A DNA stretch of 13,216 nt from Candidatus Eiseniibacteriota bacterium (GTDB lineage Bacteria > Eisenbacteria > RBG-16-71-46): the NCBI GenBank assembly GCA_044222065.1, contig JBGAOA010000087.1:1-13216 (forward strand), read 5' to 3'. Positions 6,358 to 12,687 of the stretch are shown in pieces. A program made the translations under genes and the position numbers. The notes under the pieces were generated by a model, which did not search any database, was not told where the DNA came from, and saw nothing but the letters and a program-made list of their open reading frames with translations. How positions within the stretch are numbered: position 1 is the stretch's first letter; the number at the start of each line of letters is the position of its first letter.

Positions 6358-8946
6358 ATGACCTCTCGCTCCGCACGCCTCGCCCTCGCTCTCGGACTCG
6401 TCGCCGTCGTCGCGATCGCCGCGCTCGCGCTGCCCCGCCTCCGTTCCGCGCCGCGCTTCCGCGAGGCGCCCGGACCGTTCCCGACCGACTACTTCGCGAT
6501 GCAGCGCGAATACCCGGGCATCGCGGTGCCGAACGAGAAGGTGCGCCTCGCGACCGAGCGCGCGCTCTCGACGAAGGCGCCGGCGAACGAAACGAACGCC
6601 GGGCTCGTGTGGACGCAGGCGGGGCCGTACAACATCGGCGGCCGCGTAACGGCGCTCGCCGCGCTCAACGGCGGCCGCACGGTGTACCTGGGCTCCGCGA
6701 ACGGCGGCGTGTTCAAGTCCACGAACTCGGGCGTGAACTGGACGCCGGTGTTCGACAAGACCGGCGTCTACTCGATCGGCGCGCTCGCGATCGATCCCGC
6801 GGACACGAACCTCGTGTACGCGGGCACGGGCGAGGCGAACTCGGCCGTGCAGTCCTACGACGGCGCGGGCCTGTGGCGGACGCGCAACGGCGGCGGCAAC
6901 TGGGAGTACCTCGGACTCGCCGAGACGCGCCGCATCGGCAAGGTCGCGATCGACCCGGCGAATCCGCTGCGCCTGTACGTCGCCGCGATGGGCACGCAGT
7001 TCTCGACCGGTCCCGACCGCGGCCTCTACCGCAGCGAGGACGGCGGCGTGTCGTGGACGAAGACGTTCTTCCTGAACGACAGCGTCGGCGTCTGCGACGT
7101 GGTCGTGAACCCCGCGCACCCCGAGACGGTGTACATCGCGAGCTGGGAGCGCGTGCGCCACTACACCTACCGCCGTGCGTACGGCCCGGGCTGCGGCATC
7201 TGGCGGAGCGCCGACCACGGCACGACGTGGACGCGGCTCCAGAACGGGCTGCCGCTGCCCTCGGACGACGTCGGCCGCATCGGGCTCGCGCTCGCGCCGT
7301 CGCAGCCCTCGACGATCTACGCCCAGATCGTGAGCGGCGCCGCGCTCGGCTACGTCGGCCTCGGGCTCTACCGCAGCCTCGATGCCGGCGAGACGTGGAC
7401 GCGCCGCGACCTCGTCGGCGGCACGTTCGCGAACGCGTTCGGCGGGTTCGGCTGGTACTTCGGCGCGATCGCCGTGGACCCCGTCTCGCCCGGGAAGATC
7501 TTCTGCATGGGCGTGAGCTGCCTCGTGTCGGCCGACGGCGGCGCGACGTTCACGAACGTCACGGGCTCGGCGCACGTGGACTTCCACGCGATGTGGATCG
7601 ATCCGACGAACCCGACCCGCGTCTACGCGGGCAGCGACGGCGGGTTCTTCTGGTCCAACTCGGGCGGCGGCGCGTGGACCAAGTCGGTGGACCTCCCGAT
7701 CAGCCAGTTCTACGCGAACTCGGCGCACCCGACGGACCCGCTCAAGGTGTACGGCGGCACGCAGGACAACGGCTGCCTCAAGTCCACGGTCGGCCCGCCG
7801 AACTGGAGCGCGATGAACATCGGCGGCGACGGCATGGTCGTGCTCGTGGACCCGGTCAATCCGAACACCGTGTTCGCCGAGTACCAGTACGGCTGCTACG
7901 GCTCGGGGCCCGCGCGCTCGATCGACAATGGCGGCAGCTTCACGCTGCCGACCGGCACCGTCACGACCGACCGCTGGGGCTGGGTCGCGCCCATCGCGAT
8001 GAACCCGAAGAACCACAACGTCGTGCTCACGGCGAGCCACCGCGTGTACCGGAGCACGAACAACGGCGTCACGTACTCGGCGATCTCGGGCGACCTGACG
8101 CGGGCGATCCCGAGCTCGCTCGTCTTCAGCACGATCACCTGCCTCGACGTCTCGGCGCCCGACACGAGCCTCTACTACGCGGCGACCGACGACGGGCGCG
8201 TGTGGCGCTCGCAGAACCGCGGCTCGACCTGGGAGGACATCACGGCGGGCCTGCCGATCCGCTGGGTGACGCGGGTGACCGCCGATCCGGCGAACTCGCA
8301 GGTCGTCTACGCGACGCTCTCGGGCTTCGGGCAGGACGAGTCGCTCGCCCACGTCTATCGCAGCGCCGATCGCGGGACGAGCTGGTCCTCGGTCGCCGGC
8401 AACCTGCCCGACATCCCGGCGAACGACCTCGTCGTGGACCCGGTCGCGCCGAGCACGCTGTACCTCGCAACGGACGTCGGCGTGTGGGTGACGCGCACGC
8501 TCGGCGCCTCGTGGTATCCGCTCGGGCTCGGCATGCCAGTGCAGACGATCTGGGATCTGCATCTCCAGAACGCGAGCCGCACGCTGATCGCGGCGACCTA
8601 CGGCCGCTCGCAGTGGAAGCTCGACCTGACGGCGATGCCGGTCGCGGTCGAGCCCGCGCCCGCCGCACCGCGGCTCGCGCTCGGCGCGCCGTCCCCGAAC
8701 CCGGCCTCGGGCGTCGTGCACTGGACGCTCACTCTGGCCGCGGCCGGCGCGGTCCGGATGGCGATCTACGACGTCTCGGGACGGCTCGTGCGCTCGCTCC
8801 ACGACGGCGCGCTCCGGAGCGGCGAACACGCGTTCGCGTGGGACGGCCGCGACGCGCGAGGCGCTCTCGCGCCGAGCGGCGCGTACTTCGTCCGCGCGAC
8901 CGCGGGCGGCGCGTCCGCGACGCGTCGGATCGTGCGTTCGCGCTGA
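6358..8946 (+). CDS. Secreted BNR/Asp-box beta-propeller protein (VPS10/GH74-like, putative glycosyl hydrolase) with a C-terminal FlgD-Ig-like / T9SS-like domain
   Basis: Signal peptide MTSRSARLALALGLVAVVAIAALA. About 12 Asp-box repeats (e.g. FKSTNSGVNW, YRSEDGGVSW, YRSLDAGETW, YRSADRGTSW). Motifs GGRV, YAGTGE, HVDFH, GGTQDNG, GGDG, ATYGRS. C-terminal PSPNP...IYDVSGRLVR...WDGRD..G...SGAYF. Alternative start ATG 6331. Confidence 0.88.
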   Translation: MTSRSARLALALGLVAVVAIAALALPRLRSAPRFREAPGPFPTDYFAMQREYPGIAVPNEKVRLATERALSTKAPANETNAGLVWTQAGPYNIGGRVTALAALNGGRTVYLGSANGGVFKSTNSGVNWTPVFDKTGVYSIGALAIDPADTNLVYAGTGEANSAVQSYDGAGLWRTRNGGGNWEYLGLAETRRIGKVAIDPANPLRLYVAAMGTQFSTGPDRGLYRSEDGGVSWTKTFFLNDSVGVCDVVVNPAHPETVYIASWERVRHYTYRRAYGPGCGIWRSADHGTTWTRLQNGLPLPSDDVGRIGLALAPSQPSTIYAQIVSGAALGYVGLGLYRSLDAGETWTRRDLVGGTFANAFGGFGWYFGAIAVDPVSPGKIFCMGVSCLVSADGGATFTNVTGSAHVDFHAMWIDPTNPTRVYAGSDGGFFWSNSGGGAWTKSVDLPISQFYANSAHPTDPLKVYGGTQDNGCLKSTVGPPNWSAMNIGGDGMVVLVDPVNPNTVFAEYQYGCYGSGPARSIDNGGSFTLPTGTVTTDRWGWVAPIAMNPKNHNVVLTASHRVYRSTNNGVTYSAISGDLTRAIPSSLVFSTITCLDVSAPDTSLYYAATDDGRVWRSQNRGSTWEDITAGLPIRWVTRVTADPANSQVVYATLSGFGQDESLAHVYRSADRGTSWSSVAGNLPDIPANDLVVDPVAPSTLYLATDVGVWVTRTLGASWYPLGLGMPVQTIWDLHLQNASRTLIAATYGRSQWKLDLTAMPVAVEPAPAAPRLALGAPSPNPASGVVHWTLTLAAAGAVRMAIYDVSGRLVRSLHDGALRSGEHAFAWDGRDARGALAPSGAYFVRATAGGASATRRIVRSR

Positions 8947-9095
8947 GCCGCCCCGCGGCATCGCTCCCGACCGCACGCCGCGCGGGCGATCCGCACGCGA
9001 CGTCGATTCCGACCGCTCGCCATGCGGCCCGGATTATGCACCGATCGGAGCCGCGTCAATAGAGGTCGGAAACGACCTCGCACCCGGAATTCCCT

Positions 9096-9123
9096 TTGAA
9101 AATGCGGGCGCGACTGCTATACC
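9096..9123 (+). promoter_or_regulatory. Sigma70-type promoter for HU
   Basis: TTGAAA (9096-9101)-N16-TATACC (9118-9123) with an extended -10 TG, in an unusually AT-rich patch. Confidence 0.55.
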
Positions 9124-9199
9124 CACCGGCGGCCAGGGCACTCGACTCCGTGCCCGTCCGTTTTTTGCCGTTCGACCCTTTCAGGGAAAGGAAGGAAAG

Positions 9200-9487
9200 A
9201 TGGCCAAGAGCAAGATGATGACGAAGTCGCAGATCGCGGGACACATCGCGGATAAGTTCGAACTCACGAAGCGTCAGGGCACGCAGATCCTCGAGGAGCT
9301 CGCGGTGCTCGCGGCGAAGGAAGCCAAGAAGGGCTTCGTGTTCCCCGGCGTCGGCAAGCTCGTCGTCGTGAATCGCAAGGCCCGCATGGGCCGCAACCCG
9401 CAGACGGGCGAAGCGATCAAGATCCCGGCCAAGCGCGTCCTCAAGTTCCGCATCGCGAAGGCGATGAAGGAAGCGGCGCTCAAGTAG
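9200..9487 (+). CDS. hup: HU-family histone-like DNA-binding protein
   Basis: MTKSQI..., RKARMGRNPQTGEAIKIPAKRVLKFR arm motif. 95 aa and basic, with a purine-rich SD (AGGAAGGAAAG). Confidence 0.95.
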   Translation: MAKSKMMTKSQIAGHIADKFELTKRQGTQILEELAVLAAKEAKKGFVFPGVGKLVVVNRKARMGRNPQTGEAIKIPAKRVLKFRIAKAMKEAALK

Positions 9488-9502
9488 ACCGGATCCACGC
9501 TC

Positions 9503-9538
9503 GAGCCCCGGAGCCGCGTGCTCCGGGGCTCTTCGTTT
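9503..9538 (+). terminator. Rho-independent terminator of HU
   Basis: Perfect 12-bp stem GAGCCCCGGAGC-cgcgt-GCTCCGGGGCTC followed by TTCGTTT, 15 nt after the stop codon. Confidence 0.85.
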
Positions 9539-9575
9539 GCGGCTGCGGCCCGCGCCCGGCGCGGGTGGAACGCCG

Positions 9576-10844
9576 ATGAAGCAACGTGGGGAATCGGCCG
9601 ATAACGACGGGGAGTTGGCCCACGCCCATCGCCATTCGCCCGACCGGATCAGCCTGCCGATCCAGGATCCCTACGCGCTCGTCGAATCGAGCGGCGGCAC
9701 GATCGCGTGCAACGACGCGTTCCTCGCGCTCGCGAGTTCGCGCGGCTCGACGCCCGATCTGATGCGCCTGTTCGGAAGCGCCGCGCTCGAGGTCCTCGCG
9801 ACCGCCGTGCGCGACGGCCACTCGATGTCGCACCTGCCGCTGCCCGGATCCGGCGCGACGCTGCGCATGATGCGCGTGTGCATCCGGCGCGATCCGGAGC
9901 GCGGCGTGCTCGGCGTGCTGCTCACCGACACGACGGACGAACTCGCGTCGCGCCGCCAGCTGTTCGAGCGCAACCGCGAACTGCAGGTGCTGAACGACAT
10001 CGGCCGCGCGCTCAGCGAGACGCTCGACGTGGACGAGTTGTGCCGGCGCGTCTTCGACCAGGCCGAGCGCGTGCTGGTCGCGCGGTCGTTCTACATCGCG
10101 ATCTGGGATCGCGAGACGAACATCGTGCACTTCCCGCTGTTCATCGAGGAAGACCTGCTGAAGGTCCAGCCCTCGCGTCCGTTCGGCACCGGCCTCACCG
10201 AGTACCTGCTCCAGACCGGGCGGCCGCTCATGCTGCACGGCGACGTGTTCGAGGAGTCCGAGAAGCTCGGCGTGAAGCCCGTCGGCCGTCCGAGCCGCGC
10301 GTGGCTCGGCACGCCGATGCTCGCGAGCGGCCAGCCGTTCGGCGTCATCGCGATCCAGGACTTCGACGCCGACACGTCCTACGGCGCGCACGACCTCGAG
10401 CTGCTCACGCTGATCGCGGCGCAAGCGGCGGCGGCGATCTACAACGCGCGGCTCTACGCGGAATCGCGGCGTGCTTACGAGGAACTGGCCGCGACGCAGC
10501 AGAAGCTGATCGAGTCCGAGCGGCTGCGCAGCATCACCGAGACCGTCGGGGCGCTGAACCACGAGGTCAACAACCCGCTCGCGAGCATCGCGGGCAACGC
10601 GCAGCTGCTGCTCCGCCACCCGGGCCTCGACGACCCGGCGCGCCACAAGGTCGAGATCGTGCTCGACGCGGCGCGGCGCATCCAGCAGGTGACGTCGCGC
10701 ATGTCGTCCATCATCCAGGCGACGACGATGCCCTACCCGGGCGGCACGCCGATCCTCGACGTGCGGCGCTCGGTGGTCCGCGACGATCGCGCGCCCGACG
10801 CGGCGCGTCCGGCGGCGGCCGCGCGGACGCCGCGCAACGAATAG
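9576..10844 (+). CDS. PAS-like + GAF + HisKA (DHp) protein lacking a HATPase domain; start uncertain (ATG 9576 or a downstream codon such as TTG 9615)
   Basis: PAS-like segment ending LLTDTT. GAF domain (LQVLNDIGRALS...FYIAIWD...GLTEY...WLGTPM...GVIAIQ...AIYNARLY). H-box LNHEVNNPLASI. The ORF ends about 95 codons after the His with no N/G1/F/G2 boxes. Confidence 0.85.
   Translation: MKQRGESADNDGELAHAHRHSPDRISLPIQDPYALVESSGGTIACNDAFLALASSRGSTPDLMRLFGSAALEVLATAVRDGHSMSHLPLPGSGATLRMMRVCIRRDPERGVLGVLLTDTTDELASRRQLFERNRELQVLNDIGRALSETLDVDELCRRVFDQAERVLVARSFYIAIWDRETNIVHFPLFIEEDLLKVQPSRPFGTGLTEYLLQTGRPLMLHGDVFEESEKLGVKPVGRPSRAWLGTPMLASGQPFGVIAIQDFDADTSYGAHDLELLTLIAAQAAAAIYNARLYAESRRAYEELAATQQKLIESERLRSITETVGALNHEVNNPLASIAGNAQLLLRHPGLDDPARHKVEIVLDAARRIQQVTSRMSSIIQATTMPYPGGTPILDVRRSVVRDDRAPDAARPAAAARTPRNE
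9577..9604 (+). promoter_or_regulatory. Candidate sigma28 (FliA/WhiG-type) promoter
   Basis: TGAA-N16-GCCGATAA. The -10 element is a perfect match to the sigma28 consensus, and the -35 resembles TAAA/TCAAG with spacing 1 nt longer than canonical. Confidence 0.45.
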
Positions 10845-10854
10845 CGCCCTCGCG

Positions 10855-10902
10855 GCAACCTCCCGCCCGCGGATCGCGTAGAGTCCGGCCATCCGGCGGA
10901 TG
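10855..10902 (+). promoter_or_regulatory. Candidate promoter and operator upstream of the ABC operon
   Basis: ECF-like GCAACC-N16-CGTA (10855-10880) overlapping a TAGAGT -10 (10879-10884), then the palindrome CATCCG-G-CGGATG (10890-10902). Confidence 0.35.
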
Positions 10903-10963
10903 CGCGTCCCAGCCACTCGCCGCGCGATCGCCGACGCGGCGTCGGTACTCACGAGGAGACGCG

Positions 10964-11980
10964 GTGGCCACGGGCATCCGCATCGAGCAGCTCCAGAAGA
11001 CCTATCGCGGCGGCGCGGTGCGCGCGCTCGCCGGCGTCTCGCTCGCGATCGAGCCGGGCGAAGCGTTCGGCATCATCGGCCCGAACGGCGCGGGCAAGAC
11101 GACGCTGATGGGCTGCCTGCTCGGCCTGTTGCGACCCGACTCGGGACGCATCGAGATCGACGGCCACGCCCCCGACGACCTCGCCGTGCGGCGCGCGACC
11201 GGCTACCTGCCCGAGCGCCTCGTCCTGGACCGCTGGATGACGGGCGACGACTTCCTCGCCTACCACCACGCGCTCGCGGGGCTTCCCGCCGGGGGCCGCG
11301 CGTCCGAGGCGCGCGACGCGCTCGAACGCGTGGGGCTCGCGCCGGAGGCCGGCCGCCAGCAGATCCGCCGCTATTCGCGCGGCATGCTGCAACGCCTCGG
11401 GCTCGCGCAGGCGCTGCTCGGGCGGCCGCGCTACCTGTTCCTCGACGAGCCGATCTCGGGCGTGGACCCGGCCGGCGTGCTGCTCTTCCGGCGCATCCTC
11501 GGCGAGCTCAAGCGCGACGGCGTCACGCTGATCGTGAACTCGCACCAGCTCGACGAGGTCGAGCGCGTGTGCGACCGCGTGGCGTTCGTGCAGCGCGGAC
11601 TCGTGCAGTCGGTCGAGACGCCGCGCGCCGGCGAATCGAGTGCGCGCGTGCTCGTCGTGCGCTGGGCCGGCGGAATCGAAGCGCCGGCGGGCGCGCTCGA
11701 GGCCGCGGGGCGCGCGGCGCGCGCGCGCCTGCTCGAAGCGCGCGCGCCGGTCGCGCGCTTCGAGGTGCCGGACGACGCCGGCGCGTCGGACCTGCTGCAG
11801 GCGCTGCTCGCCTCGGGCGTGCGCGTCGTCGAGGCGAGCCCCGAGGGCGGTCGGCTCGAGCGCCTGTTCGCGGACGGCGCCCCGCAGGCGCCACCGCCCG
11901 CACCGGCCGCCGCCGCGCCGCCTCCCGCGCCGCCCGCGGGCTACGCGGGACCGTTCGCCTCGGGAGGACCCGCCGCGTGA
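10964..11980 (+). CDS. ABC transporter ATP-binding protein (ABC-2/drug-exporter type)
   Basis: Walker A GPNGAGKTT, signature YSRGM, Walker B YLFLDEP, H-loop NSH. Start revised to GTG 10964 behind a GAGGAG SD (10953-10958). Pro/Ala-rich C-terminal tail. Confidence 0.93.
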   Translation: MATGIRIEQLQKTYRGGAVRALAGVSLAIEPGEAFGIIGPNGAGKTTLMGCLLGLLRPDSGRIEIDGHAPDDLAVRRATGYLPERLVLDRWMTGDDFLAYHHALAGLPAGGRASEARDALERVGLAPEAGRQQIRRYSRGMLQRLGLAQALLGRPRYLFLDEPISGVDPAGVLLFRRILGELKRDGVTLIVNSHQLDEVERVCDRVAFVQRGLVQSVETPRAGESSARVLVVRWAGGIEAPAGALEAAGRAARARLLEARAPVARFEVPDDAGASDLLQALLASGVRVVEASPEGGRLERLFADGAPQAPPPAPAAAAPPPAPPAGYAGPFASGGPAA

Positions 11981-12687
11981 ACGCGACGCTCGTGCTCTAC
12001 ACGCTCCGGCAGCGCCTGCTCCAACCCGCGCGCGTGCTCGTGCTCATCGCGCTCTTCGGCTTCCCGCTCCTGTTCACGCTCATGGCGCGCAGCGCCGGCA
12101 TCGAACTCTTGAACGCCGGCGCGGGCTTCGCGATGGTGCTCGGCGCCGGACTGCTCGGCTCGGACGTCTCGGCGGGCGTGCTGCAGCTGCTGTTCGTGCG
12201 GCCCGTCACGCGCACCGAATACGTGTTCAGCCGCTGGGGCGCGGTCGCGCTCGGCGCCGTCACGCTCACCGTGATGCAGGTCGCCGCCGGCGCGCTGATC
12301 CTGCAGGCGACCGGCTATCCCGCGCCGCTCGGAGTCGTGGCGCGCCACGCGCTCGAACAGTCGGTCGTGGCGGTGACGGTCGTGAGCGTGATGACGATGC
12401 TCTCGAGCCTGCTGCCCGGCATCGGCGACCTCGTCGCGCTGCTGTGCGGACAGGTCGGCTCGATGGTCCTCATGGCGGTCGGCGGCTTCACGCGCCAGGC
12501 GCTGCTCGAGCGCACGGGCCGCGAGCTGAACGGCGTCTTCTCGCCGCAGTTCTCGTGGGCGATCGCGTTCGGGGGCGCCTCGCCCTCGTGGTTCCACCTC
12601 GCCTCGATCCTCTCGACGATCGCGCTCTCGCTCGCGGTCGCCGTCGTCGTCATGAACCGCCGGGAGCTGTCCTATGCCAATGCGTGA
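11977..12687 (+). CDS. ABC-2-type transporter permease
   Basis: About six hydrophobic segments, the DVSAGVLQLLFVRPVTRTEYVFSRW permease motif and a C-terminal RREL. GTGA overlap with the ATPase stop. Confidence 0.88.
   Translation: MNATLVLYTLRQRLLQPARVLVLIALFGFPLLFTLMARSAGIELLNAGAGFAMVLGAGLLGSDVSAGVLQLLFVRPVTRTEYVFSRWGAVALGAVTLTVMQVAAGALILQATGYPAPLGVVARHALEQSVVAVTVVSVMTMLSSLLPGIGDLVALLCGQVGSMVLMAVGGFTRQALLERTGRELNGVFSPQFSWAIAFGGASPSWFHLASILSTIALSLAVAVVVMNRRELSYANA

Noticed and set aside
6124..8976. 950-aa minus-strand ORF and other long overlapping ORFs (26-1126, 2010-3758, 2930-4825, 3682-5136, 6609-9062, 9480-10952)
   Set aside because: Arg/Ala/Pro-rich shadow frames of well-supported genes. 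These are expected in very high-GC DNA and contain no recognisable motifs.
9707..10963. N-terminal extension making the ABC ATPase 757 aa (and likewise the 595-aa permease ORF from 10900)
   Set aside because: The extensions are off-frame readings of the upstream genes. Better starts exist at 10964 (clear SD) and 11977 (GTGA coupling).
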